Source: an uncultured Chloroflexia bacterium (lineage in GTDB: Bacteria > Chloroflexota > Limnocylindria > Limnocylindrales > CSP1-4). Taken from it: DNA of 64,000 bases. The notes under the pieces were generated by a model, which made no database searches, was not told the DNA's origin, and saw nothing but the letters and a program-made list of their open reading frames with translations. The position numbers were made by a program, and so were the translations under genes. Location: contig CAWDXA010000011.1 in assembly GCA_963806175.1 (NCBI GenBank), positions 602,065-666,064 on the forward strand. The letters are read 5' to 3'. Shown in pieces: positions 1 through 8,268 of the stretch; the stretch's first letter is position 1; each line of letters starts with the position of its first letter.

Positions 1-1
1 G

Positions 2-142
2 GTCGGCGAGGTCAAGGGTCTCGGCCGCCGGCCCGATCCGGTGGAGATGGCCGATCTCGGCGAGGCCTGGCGGCCCTGGCGCTCGGTCGCTGCGCGGCTC
101 TTCTGGCACGACTACCTGGCCCGCCGGGGCCGCGCCGGGTAG
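2..142 (+). CDS. C-terminal fragment of an HhH-GPD base-excision DNA glycosylase (AlkA-like); the gene starts upstream of the window
   Basis: Frame 2 reads ...GEAWRPWRSVAARLFWHDYLARRGRAG with stop at 140-142. The WRPWRS.A...W tail is typical of AlkA-type glycosylases. Only 46 codons are visible. Confidence 0.4.
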   Translation, partial: VGEVKGLGRRPDPVEMADLGEAWRPWRSVAARLFWHDYLARRGRAG

Positions 143-167
143 TCGCGGGCCATCCGGCCCCCAACCC

Positions 168-674
168 TCAGCGGTCCGGGCGGTACTCGGCCTCGGGCGG
201 AAAGTCGCCGACGTACTCGGCCAGGTCGGCATGCCCGAGCATCTGGCGGACCGCCGAGACCTCGCCGATGTGCGCCCAGTAGTGGTAGGTGACGTACTGG
301 AGCTGGCTGCCTGCCGACGGCGGGTGCTCTCGCGAGTCGTGTGCCAGCGGCAGTTCCAGGTCGGCGGTCACCAGCGCGTCGAGGAACGGGTCGGCGTCGG
401 CGACGATCCGTTCCCAGGCCTCCTGCATCCTCGCGAGCGACGGCGTCGACGTCGGCCGGCCCGTCGCGAAGGCGTCAATGACTCGTTCGACCTTGAGCCC
501 GCGGGCGCGTCGCATCCAGCACAACCGCTCGTGCCAGGCCATGTGGCCGACCATCCACGAGATCGAGTTCATGGGCAGGAACCGGATGCCGGCATCGATC
601 TCGCTCAGTCCGGCCAGCCCACGTTGCCACTCGCTGCGCGCAAATCGCAGCTGATCGACCCTCGGATGCACCAT
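168..674 (-). CDS. DinB-family (DinB_2-like) metal-dependent protein
   Basis: This is the C-terminal 168 codons of ORF 168..1409, starting at ATG 674 (MVHPRVDQLRF...). It has His-rich DinB-type helices (WMVGHMAWHERL, YHYWAHIGEV). The upstream part of the ORF is R/A-rich noise antisense to folE. Confidence 0.7.
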   Translation of the reverse strand: MVHPRVDQLRFARSEWQRGLAGLSEIDAGIRFLPMNSISWMVGHMAWHERLCWMRRARGLKVERVIDAFATGRPTSTPSLARMQEAWERIVADADPFLDALVTADLELPLAHDSREHPPSAGSQLQYVTYHYWAHIGEVSAVRQMLGHADLAEYVGDFPPEAEYRPDR

Positions 675-731
675 GCGTGAAGCATACGAGGGTCTGGCGT
701 ACGATCGCGGCTCGCACAGGAGCCCGACCAC

Positions 732-1436
732 GTGACGAGTCCGACCGACCTGCCGCCCAACGTCCGCCGCCTGGTGGACGAGATCGAATCGGAAATCGGC
801 GAGGGCGACGTCGGCGTCGACGACATCGTCGCGTCGCGATACGACGAGCGCGACGGTGTAGGCTCGCGCGACGGCCGGGTGGAGGCCGCCGTTCGCGAGA
901 TCCTCGTCGAGATCGGGGAGGACCCCGATCGCCAGGGCCTCGCCGGCACGCCCGACCGCGTCCACCGGATGTACACCGAGCTGACGGCCGGCTACCACGT
1001 CGACCCGGAGCGCCTGATCAACGGCGCGATCTTCGACATCGCCTACAGCGAGATGGTCGTGGTCAAGGAGATTCCGTTCTACTCCCTGTGTGAGCACCAT
1101 CTCCTGCCATTTTTCGGGACTGCCGCCGTTGCCTACATCCCGCGCGGCCGGGTCATCGGTCTGTCCAAGATCCCGCGCATCGTCGAGATGTACGCCCGCC
1201 GCCTCCAGATCCAGGAGCGCCTCACCCAGCAGATCGCCGACTTCCTGCAGGACCGCCTCGCACCGCAGGGCGTCGGCGTGGTCATCGAGGCGACTCACCT
1301 GTGCGCCGTCATGCGCGGCGTGCGCAAGCCCGGCACGATCATGACCACGTCGTCGGTGCTGGGCCTGTTCCGGACGCGCGACCGGACGCGCGCCGAATTC
1401 TTCGCCCATCTCGAGCGTCGAGCATCGGAGGCCTGA
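732..1436 (+). CDS. folE: GTP cyclohydrolase I
   Basis: ORF 732..1436 has GTP cyclohydrolase I signatures ([56 protein letters not shown]). It is intact. Confidence 0.95.
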   Translation: MTSPTDLPPNVRRLVDEIESEIGEGDVGVDDIVASRYDERDGVGSRDGRVEAAVREILVEIGEDPDRQGLAGTPDRVHRMYTELTAGYHVDPERLINGAIFDIAYSEMVVVKEIPFYSLCEHHLLPFFGTAAVAYIPRGRVIGLSKIPRIVEMYARRLQIQERLTQQIADFLQDRLAPQGVGVVIEATHLCAVMRGVRKPGTIMTTSSVLGLFRTRDRTRAEFFAHLERRASEA

Positions 1437-1438
1437 CC

Positions 1439-2203
1439 ATGGATCTCGGCCTGCAGGACCGTGTCGTTCTCATCACCGGCGCCGGTGGCGGCGCGGGTCC
1501 GACCATTGCCCGGGCATTCGCCGCGGAGGGCGCCAGGGTGGCGCTCCACCAGCGGCCCACCAGGGAACGCCAGACGCGCGCCGGCAGCGCCGCCGCCGGG
1601 ATCGTCGCGGGCGGCGGACGGGCGATGGCGGTCGCCGCCGACCTCACCTCGGCCGACCAGGTCGCCGTCATGATCGAGCGCATCACCGCGGAGTTCGGGC
1701 CCGTCGAGGTTCTGGTGACCGGGACCTCGGCCTACCGTCCGGAGCGGTTCGCCGAGATCACCGACGAGTCCTGGGCGTCGATCGTGGACGACCTGCTCGG
1801 CGCGACCTTCCGCGCCTGCCGGGCGGTCGTCCCGGGGATGCAGGCCGCCGGATGGGGAAGGATCGTGAACATTGCCGCTCGTTCGGGCCTGGTCGGCGTC
1901 TCGCGGGCGGCACAGTACGGGGCAGCCAAGGCCGCGATCATCGGCCTGACCGCCTCCCTGGCGAAGGAGCTCGGCCCGAACGGAATCCTGGTCAACGCAG
2001 TCGCGCCGACGCAGCTGCTCACGGTGAAGGACGGCCAGCCATCGATCCCCGACGAGCGGGCCGCCGAGCTGGCCAAGGCGATCCCGCTCCGGCGGGTCGC
2101 CTCACCCGACGACCTCGCTTCGCTCGTGGTCTGGCTCGGATCGGCGGCGAACACCTACGTGACCGGCGAGACCATCTCGCTCCACGGCGGCGACCAGCGC
2201 TGA
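1439..2203 (+). CDS. SDR-family oxidoreductase (FabG-like)
   Basis: ATG 1439 gives MDLGLQDRVVLITGAGGGAG (Rossmann TGxxxG) and a YGAAK catalytic Tyr/Lys motif. It lies in the frame of ORF 1301..2203. Confidence 0.9.
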   Translation: MDLGLQDRVVLITGAGGGAGPTIARAFAAEGARVALHQRPTRERQTRAGSAAAGIVAGGGRAMAVAADLTSADQVAVMIERITAEFGPVEVLVTGTSAYRPERFAEITDESWASIVDDLLGATFRACRAVVPGMQAAGWGRIVNIAARSGLVGVSRAAQYGAAKAAIIGLTASLAKELGPNGILVNAVAPTQLLTVKDGQPSIPDERAAELAKAIPLRRVASPDDLASLVVWLGSAANTYVTGETISLHGGDQR

Positions 2204-2230
2204 TCCCCGCGATCCGACGACCGCGGCCGG

Positions 2231-2824
2231 TCAGCGCTGAACGATCTCGATCGCGCTGGTACCGCCGATGACCTTGACGTCGAACCGGTCGCCGGCGGCT
2301 TTCCAGCCGGACGACTCCAGGGTCGTCTCACCGCCTGTTGCGCCGATCGCCTGGCCGTCGAATTCGATCCGGCCGGCGCCACCCTGGACCAGGAGGCTCA
2401 GCGCGGCACCCGCCGGCCGCTCCAGCCGCAGGGCCTTGACGCCGCCGACGACGCGGATGGGCACGTCGCCGTTCGGCCGGCCGAGCTCGAGCTGGAGGCG
2501 CTCGGACCCGCCGGTCAGGTCGAATCGCCGCAGGTCGATCTCGCGCAGGTCGGCCTCGATGCGCACGACGCCGCCCACGATCTCGATGTCCCAGGGGATG
2601 GAGGGATTGAGATGCATCGTCGCGACGCGCTTGCGGACGTCGAACGGGATCCCGCGGTACTGGACGAGGACGCGCGCATCGCGGACGCGGACGTGCGGCG
2701 TCCCTCCCTCGAACCGGGCGCGATAGAGATCGGCCGGCGAGCGGCCGGGGCGCAGGCGCAGTTCCTGCGGCGCCGGATCGGAACATGAGCCGTGCCGCCC
2801 GGAGGCCACCGAGGGGCGCAGCAT
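2231..2824 (-). CDS. Hypothetical beta-rich protein with a LiaF-C-terminal/toastrack-like repeat domain
   Basis: ORF 2231..2824 has repetitive beta-strand segments (IEIVGGVVRIEADL, LQLELG, IRVVGGVKALRLE, IEFDG) resembling the C-terminal half of the LiaF-like protein at 19971..20936. The start is uncertain and may be linked to the upstream MarR reading frames. Confidence 0.5.
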   Translation of the reverse strand: MLRPSVASGRHGSCSDPAPQELRLRPGRSPADLYRARFEGGTPHVRVRDARVLVQYRGIPFDVRKRVATMHLNPSIPWDIEIVGGVVRIEADLREIDLRRFDLTGGSERLQLELGRPNGDVPIRVVGGVKALRLERPAGAALSLLVQGGAGRIEFDGQAIGATGGETTLESSGWKAAGDRFDVKVIGGTSAIEIVQR

Positions 2825-2829
2825 GCTCG

Positions 2830-3315
2830 GACGGGCCGGTCGGCTCGGACGCCTGGTCCTCGGGTGACGATCGCAGGCGCGCCGACTCGGTCCGGGTGAG
2901 ATCGGCCATGCGCGACAGGAAGTCGTTGATCAGCGCGAGCTGATCGGGCGAGTAGTGCTCGACCTCGCGCGCGGCGGCCCGTTCGAGCGAGGCGAGCAGG
3001 GATGTCGATCGAAGCCACGCGCTCCGGGACGACCTCGACGACGACGCGCCGGCGATCCGACGGGTCCGATTCCCGGCGGACGTAGCCGGCCTGCTCGAGA
3101 CGGTCGATGACCCGGGTGACGGCGCCCGTCGTCAGGCCCATCAGCTCGGCCAGCCGACCGGCGGTGGAGGCCCCGGTGTCGATGAGCAACTCGAGCGCGT
3201 CGATGTCCGATTCGCTGAGGCCCAGCCGGATGGCGACCGTCTGGCCGAAGATCGAGCCCTGGAAGTTGACGCGTCGAAGGGCCCGAACCACGCCCTCCAC
3301 TGCCGTGCGATCCAT
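2830..3315 (-). pseudogene. MarR-family transcriptional regulator (frame-shifted, 3' end uncertain)
   Basis: ATG 3315 gives MDRTAVEG...GRLAELMGLTTGAVTRVIDRLEQAGYVRRESDPSDRRRVVVEV (MarR wHTH). The frame breaks near 3000 and continues as LLASLERAAAREVEHYSPDQLALINDFLSRM in the frame of ORF 2328..2909. I found no clean stop. Confidence 0.7.
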
Positions 3316-3342
3316 CCTGACGACTGCTCCTGCTCCGGTGAT

Positions 3343-3363
3343 GTATCTGCGCCGATCAGATAC
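3343..3363. promoter_or_regulatory. Candidate MarR operator palindrome in the marR / mutase-subunit divergent intergenic region
   Basis: GTATCTG-cgccgat-CAGATAC has perfect 7-bp inverted arms. It lies 28 bp from the marR start and 110 bp from the mutase-subunit start. Confidence 0.4.
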
Positions 3364-3472
3364 TGTCCGGAGATGCTGAATCGCGCAAGTGACCGACCTC
3401 CAGCATAGGGGCAGCACGGGACACGGAGGGGCCCGCGTCACAGCCGCCACCGGCGGGCCTACAATCGCGGTC

Positions 3473-3878
3473 ATGACCGACCGCCCGATCAAGGTCCTGA
3501 TCGCGAAACCCGGGCTCGACGGCCACGATCGAGGTGCGAAGGTGCTCGCGCGCGGGCTCCGCGACGAGGGTTTCGAGGTCGTCTACACCGGGTCTCCGGC
3601 AGACGCCCGAGATGATCGCCACGGCCGCGCTCCAGGAGGACGTCGACGTGGTCGGCCTGTCCATCCTGTCGGGCGCCCACATGACCCTCGTCCCGCGGGT
3701 CACCAGGCTGCTGACCGAGCGCGGCATGGACGACGTGCTGGTGACCGTCGGCGGGATCATTCCCGACGACGACGTGCCGGCACTGCGGGCGACGGGTGTT
3801 GCCGAGATCTTCGGGCCCGGGACCACGATCGCCCAGGTCGCGACCTTCCTCCGGGCGAACGCGCGTCCCCGCGACTAG
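3473..3878 (+). pseudogene. Methylmalonyl/isobutyryl-CoA mutase B12-binding (small, C-terminal domain) subunit, one frame shift
   Basis: [40 protein letters not shown] (DxHxxG B12 motif) lies in the frame of ORF 3389. The protein continues [30 protein letters not shown]... in ORF 3534..3878. The break is near 3591. TACAAT at 3460-3465 sits 7 nt before the ATG, which suggests a leaderless start. Confidence 0.85.
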
Positions 3879-4894
3879 ATGGCGGACGCCGCGGCGCGAG
3901 CGATCGAGCTGGTCGAGGCGGCGGTCGACGGCGATCGGCGCGCGCTGGCACGACTGCTGACGGCGGTGGAGAACCGCTCGGCAGTCGGCGAGGCGGCCCT
4001 GCGGCGGCTGTACCCGATGGCCGGCCGGGCGCATCTCGTCGGGATCACCGGACCGCCGGGCTCGGGCAAGTCGACCCTCGTCGCGGCATTGATCGGCGAG
4101 GTCCGCCGGGCGGGCCGGACGGTTGCGGTCATCGCGGTCGACCCGTCGAGCCCGATCACGGGCGGGGCGCTGCTCGGCGACCGAGTCCGCATGCAGGCAC
4201 ATGCGTCCGACGACGCCGTGTTCATTCGATCGATGGCGTCGCGCGGCCATGCCGGCGGACTGGCGTCGACGTCGACGTCCGCCGCGGCCGTCCTGGACGC
4301 CGCCGGCTTCGACCTGATCCTGATCGAGACGGTCGGGCACCGGGCAGAGCGAGGTCGAGGTGGCGGCTGCCGCCGACACGACGGTCGTGCTGGAGGCGCC
4401 CGAGATGGGCGACGAGATCCAGGCGATCAAGGCCGGCCTGCTCGAGGTGGCCGATCTCGTGGTGGTCAACAAGGGCGACAAGCCGGGCGCCCAGCGCACC
4501 GCGGCGCAGCTCCGGGCGATGCTGGTGGCCGGGGCGGGACGCGATGCAGATCCGTCTCGGGCCGGCCGCCCGCGACCCGAAGCGGCCCGAGGTGATGATC
4601 ACCACCGCCGCGACCGGCGACGGCGTCCCCGAGCTGCTGGCGGCGCTGGACCGGCTTCGCATGGACGGCGCAGGCGGTGCCGGTCGTGCCGGGCAGGACG
4701 GACGGCTGACGCCGGCGCGGCTGGCACGTGCCGAAGCGCAGGTCTGGGCGGTCGTGGCCGATCGGGTCCGGGCGCGGCTCCACGATGCCGTCCGCGGGCC
4801 CGACGACCGCCGAGACGCTCGCGGAGGTCGCGGACCATCGACTGGATCCGTACGCGGCGGCCGACCGGCTGCTCGGAGCCTGGGCGGGGAGTAG
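3879..4894 (+). pseudogene. meaB: MeaB/ArgK-type methylmalonyl-CoA mutase-associated GTPase, at least 3 frame shifts
   Basis: It has Walker [15 protein letters not shown] (break ~4345), VVVNKGD (NKxD) and a C-terminal [16 protein letters not shown]. The pieces sit in the frames of ORFs 3879, 4360, the tail of 3389 and 4728, with breaks at ~4345, ~4540 and ~4790. The stop position is uncertain. Confidence 0.85.
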
Positions 4895-4970
4895 CGGGCC
4901 CGGAGGCAGGCGCGCCGTCGCCGGCACGCCGGAATCCCGCGGCGCCGCCCACGGTCGCTGGCACGCGGAT

Positions 4971-5075
4971 GTTCCTATTGAAGAAGGACGGCGTGTTGGC
5001 GGCGACGTCCGACCCCAGTTGGTGCCCGACTGTGCCAAACGACTGCTGGGCTCGTCCTCCTTCGTCGATTGGAAC
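4971..5075 (+). mobile_element. Copy 1 of a ~105-bp element bounded by imperfect terminal inverted repeats (MITE-like, hypothetical)
   Basis: The left end is GTTCCTATTGAAGAAGG. The reverse complement of the right end is GTTCCAATCGACGAAGG (14/17 match). The internal GGTGCC-N4-TGTGCC-RAACG block is shared with copy 2. Confidence 0.4.
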
Positions 5076-5092
5076 GTCTCGGTTCCATGAGG

Positions 5093-5211
5093 GCTCGGCC
5101 GCGGCAGGGCTCGGTGGCGGCGCTCGGCCGCGGCAAGGCTCGGCCGCGGCAAGGCTCGGCGGCGGCGCTCGGCCGCGGCAAGGCTCGGCCGCGGCAGGGC
5201 TCGGTGGCGGC
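5093..5211. repeat. Tandem minisatellite with 45-bp period, about 2.6 copies
   Basis: It is built from a 16-mer GCTCGGCCGCGGCARG (A) and a 13-mer GCTCGGYGGCGGC (B) in the order A B A A B A A B. Each A carries the palindrome GCCGCGGC. It is intergenic, downstream of both meaB and the XRE gene. Confidence 0.9.
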
Positions 5212-5235
5212 CGGGCCTGGCCCTCGTCGCGACCC

Positions 5236-5910
5236 TCAGAGAAACACGATCGAGTCGCCGCCTGGGTCGCGACCCCCGGCGAGCGCGGCAAGTGCAGCGC
5301 GCGTGGACATCGGGAAGCGGGCTCGAATGGCTGGGTACTCCGCGACGACCCGGCGGTTGTGGCGAGTGTCAGCGACCAGCAGGAGCAGTCTCGCGAGCTG
5401 CAGGTCGCGCTGCTTGGCGCTGAGCCGGCGCTCGAGGGCCTGGAGATCGTCGATGCGAGTCTCGGCCTCGATCAGCAACGCGACACCGTGTCCGTCGATG
5501 ACCGCGTCGGCGCTGCGCAGGTCGCCGGCAATGGGGATCGGCACCTCGGTTCGCCATCGGAGGTCCGGTCCCAGGCGCTTGCGAAGCCGCTCGAGGAGCG
5601 CGACGTGGGCGGTATCGCGGACCGGATCGCCATCCGGGTAAAGCGCAGTGGACAACTGGAGGCCGAGTACCGCCGCGATCCGCGCGGCCAGCTCGATCGT
5701 CAGTTGGCGCGCCTGTCCGCGTTCGACGCGCCCGATCTGCGTGTGCGAGACGTGGATTCGCCGAGCGAGCTCGCGCTGGCTCATCCCGGCACCTCGACGC
5801 GCGACGCGGAACTCGGCCACCAGCCGGGCAACGAGGAAGCGTGCTCGCTGTGCGCCGCGGTCGACCCGACGTTCGTAGACAGGCATCACGGCCATCTTCA
5901 GCTGCACCAC
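5236..5910 (-). CDS. XRE-family HTH protein with a C-terminal domain of unknown function (possibly nuclease-fold)
   Basis: ORF 5236..5910 has the HTH MSQRELARRIHVSHTQIGRVERGQ. The C-terminal ~130 aa has an acidic pattern (DAVIDGHGVALLIEAETRIDD). The alternative start Met9 is at 5886. Confidence 0.8.
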   Translation of the reverse strand: MVQLKMAVMPVYERRVDRGAQRARFLVARLVAEFRVARRGAGMSQRELARRIHVSHTQIGRVERGQARQLTIELAARIAAVLGLQLSTALYPDGDPVRDTAHVALLERLRKRLGPDLRWRTEVPIPIAGDLRSADAVIDGHGVALLIEAETRIDDLQALERRLSAKQRDLQLARLLLLVADTRHNRRVVAEYPAIRARFPMSTRAALAALAGGRDPGGDSIVFL

Positions 5911-5943
5911 TCACCCGGCGATTACCCGATCTCGGCCGTCGCC

Positions 5944-5959
5944 GGAACCTGCAGGTTCC
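5944..5959. promoter_or_regulatory. Perfect palindrome GGAACC-TGCA-GGTTCC, 34 bp upstream of the XRE start (candidate operator)
   Basis: The 16-bp perfect palindrome was read directly. A related GGAAC-N6-GTTCC occurs at 5071-5086. Confidence 0.35.
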
Positions 5960-6060
5960 AATTGACGGCCGATAGGCGTTGCGCTGCGACTACGGGCGCC
6001 GTCCGGTGCCGGTGTGTGCCGAACGGCCGTCGGAGCGCGCCGACCTTCAACGATTGGAAC
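5955..6060 (+). mobile_element. Copy 2 of the ~105-bp inverted-repeat-bounded element (MITE-like, hypothetical)
   Basis: It starts GTTCCAATTG and ends CGATTGGAAC. It has the same orientation and length (106 vs 105 bp) as copy 1, with roughly 60-65% identity over the right two thirds by hand alignment. Confidence 0.4.
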
Positions 6061-6174
6061 CGTGGGGTGCCACTGGCGCGGGACCGCCCTCGCGAATGGA
6101 GGCGGCCGGCTCGGGCGGTCCGAGGCGGCGCTCACGTTCCGTGGCGCCGCGCCCGACCGCGTACCATCGTGTTC

Positions 6175-7059
6175 ATGCCAAGGTCCATCGAGCGGGTCTT
6201 CGTGGCGGGCGCGGGGCTGATGGGCCACGGCATCGCCCAGGTACATGCCGCCGTCGGCCTGTCGGTCGTCCTGTACGAACCCGAGCTGGCACGGGCGGAG
6301 GCCGGCCGGGAGCGGATCGCCGGCAACCTGGAGCGGGCGGTCGTCAAGGGCCGGATGAGTGACGAAGAGCGGGACGCCACACTCGGCCGCATCTCGCTCG
6401 CGGACGACCCGGCCGCCGTCCAGGACGCCGACCTCGTGATCGAGGCCGTCTTCGAGGACGTCGACGTCAAGACTGCGCTATGGCGCGAACTCGACCAATT
6501 GGCGCGGCCCGACGCCATCTTCGCCTCGAACACGAGCTCGATCTCGATCGGCCGGCTCGTGGCGGCGGTGTCGCCGGCCCGGCGCGAGCGGTTCGTCGGG
6601 ATGCATTTCTTCAGCCCCGTGCCGGTCATGCCGCTGATCGAGCTGATCCGTGGCGCCGAGACGGACGGCCCGACGGAGGCGGCGATCCGTGGGCTGGCGA
6701 CGCGCCTCGGGAAGCAGGTGATCGTGTCGGCCGACCGGCCCGGCTTCATCGTCAACCGGATCCTGATGCCGTTCCTCGGCGAGGCGATGCGAGCCTTCGA
6801 GCAGGGTCTCGGGACGGCCGACGATATCGACACCGGAGCCCGGATCGGGCTGAATCACCCGATGGGTCCGCTCGAGCTCGCCGACTTCATCGGGCTCGAC
6901 GTCTGCCTTGGGGTCATGCGCGTCCTCGACGACGGACTGGGGGGCGAGCAGTTCGCGCCGCCGCAGGTCCTCGTCGACCTGGTGGCGGCCGGCAATCTCG
7001 GCCAGAAGACGGGCCGCGGCTTCCACGCCTACCCGCGGCCGGAGCGGGCCGGCCGGTGA
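6175..7059 (+). CDS. 3-hydroxybutyryl/3-hydroxyacyl-CoA dehydrogenase
   Basis: ATG 6175 gives MPRSIERVFVAGAGLMGHGIAQ (NAD fold), NTSSISI, HFFSPVPVMPLIELI and GFIVNRIL. It is the intact C-terminal part of ORF 4360..7059. Confidence 0.9.
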   Translation: MPRSIERVFVAGAGLMGHGIAQVHAAVGLSVVLYEPELARAEAGRERIAGNLERAVVKGRMSDEERDATLGRISLADDPAAVQDADLVIEAVFEDVDVKTALWRELDQLARPDAIFASNTSSISIGRLVAAVSPARRERFVGMHFFSPVPVMPLIELIRGAETDGPTEAAIRGLATRLGKQVIVSADRPGFIVNRILMPFLGEAMRAFEQGLGTADDIDTGARIGLNHPMGPLELADFIGLDVCLGVMRVLDDGLGGEQFAPPQVLVDLVAAGNLGQKTGRGFHAYPRPERAGR

Positions 7060-8219
7060 GCGGGGCGCTCACCCAGGAAGAGGTCCTCCTCCAGTCCACC
7101 ACGCGCGACTTCGCCGCCAGGGAGCTCGCACCCACCGCGATCGAGCGGGACGAGGCCGAGCGCTACGACCGATCGCTGTTCGCGAAGATGGGCGAACTCG
7201 GATTGACGGGAGCGCCGCTGCCCGAATCTGTCGGCGGGTCCGGCTTCTCCTATCTCGGCTGGTCGCTGGCCATGGAGGAACTGGGCGCGGTCGACATGTC
7301 GATGGCGGTGTCGCTGTCCGTCCACCTGCTGTCGCAGTACCCGGTGGTCACGTGGGGCACGCCCGAGCAGCAGGCACGCTGGCTGCCGGCCATGGTGACC
7401 GGCGAGGCACTGGGCGCCTTCGCCCTGACCGAGCCACACGCGGGCAGCGACGCCGCGGCGATCCGAACGCAGGCCGAACGGATCGGGCCGGGCGATGCGC
7501 CGGAGGGCTACCGGCTCACCGGCACCAAGATCTGGATCTCGAACGCGCCCGAAGCTGAGCGCTACCTGGTGTTCGCGACGCTGGACCCGACGGCTGGCGC
7601 CAGGGCGATCACGGCGTTCCTCGTCGAGCGGGGCACGACCGGGTTCCGGTTCGGGGCTCACGAACGCAAGATGGGCATCCGCGCCTGCCCTGCGACCGAG
7701 CTGGTGTTCGACGGCGCGGAACTCCCGGTCGCGAACCGGCTGGGCGCCGAGGGAGAGGGCTACAGGATCGCGTTGTCCGCCCTCGGCGAAGGGCGGATCT
7801 CGATCGCCGCCGCGTGCGTGGGGATCGCCCGGGCCGCGCTGGAGGCCGCGGCACGCTACGTGACCGCGCGCCGCGCCTTTGGCGGGCCGCTCTCCGAGCA
7901 GCAGGGACTCCGGTTCATGCTCGCCGAGATGGCTCGCGAGGTCGCGGCCGCGCGCGCCGTGACCAGGGAGGCGGCCCGGACCAGGGATCGCGGCGAGCCG
8001 CTCGCCGAGGTGTCGTCGATCGCGAAGTGGACGGCCTCGGACGCCGCGATGCGAGTGGCGACCGACGCGGTCCAGTTGTTCGGCGCCAGTGGCTACTCGC
8101 GCGAGACCGGCGTCGAACGGCTGATGCGGGATGCCAAGGGCGCCCAGATCTACGAGGGCACCAACCAGATCCACCGGCTGATCGTCGCCGACGAGCTGTT
8201 GCGGCACGTGACCGGCTGA
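7056..8219 (+). CDS. Acyl-CoA dehydrogenase
   Basis: GTG 7056 overlaps the hbd stop (GTGA). Motifs include ALTEPHAGSDAAAI, KIWISNA and GAQIYEGTNQIHRLIVA. It is intact. Confidence 0.9.
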   Translation: MSGALTQEEVLLQSTTRDFAARELAPTAIERDEAERYDRSLFAKMGELGLTGAPLPESVGGSGFSYLGWSLAMEELGAVDMSMAVSLSVHLLSQYPVVTWGTPEQQARWLPAMVTGEALGAFALTEPHAGSDAAAIRTQAERIGPGDAPEGYRLTGTKIWISNAPEAERYLVFATLDPTAGARAITAFLVERGTTGFRFGAHERKMGIRACPATELVFDGAELPVANRLGAEGEGYRIALSALGEGRISIAAACVGIARAALEAAARYVTARRAFGGPLSEQQGLRFMLAEMAREVAAARAVTREAARTRDRGEPLAEVSSIAKWTASDAAMRVATDAVQLFGASGYSRETGVERLMRDAKGAQIYEGTNQIHRLIVADELLRHVTG

Positions 8220-8268
8220 CGCCGGATCACGCTGCCGGCTCCCGCCGAGGCCGGTGTAGATTCGAGGC

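Noticed and set aside
5093-5211. The repeat array as a possible CRISPR array.
   Set aside because: The units are 16 and 13 bp, directly abutting with no spacers. The whole array is 119 bp, and there are no cas genes in the window. It is a minisatellite.
5236-5910. The XRE gene as the antitoxin of a toxin-antitoxin pair.
   Set aside because: No small partner ORF is adjacent on the same strand. The neighbours are a minisatellite and repeat elements.
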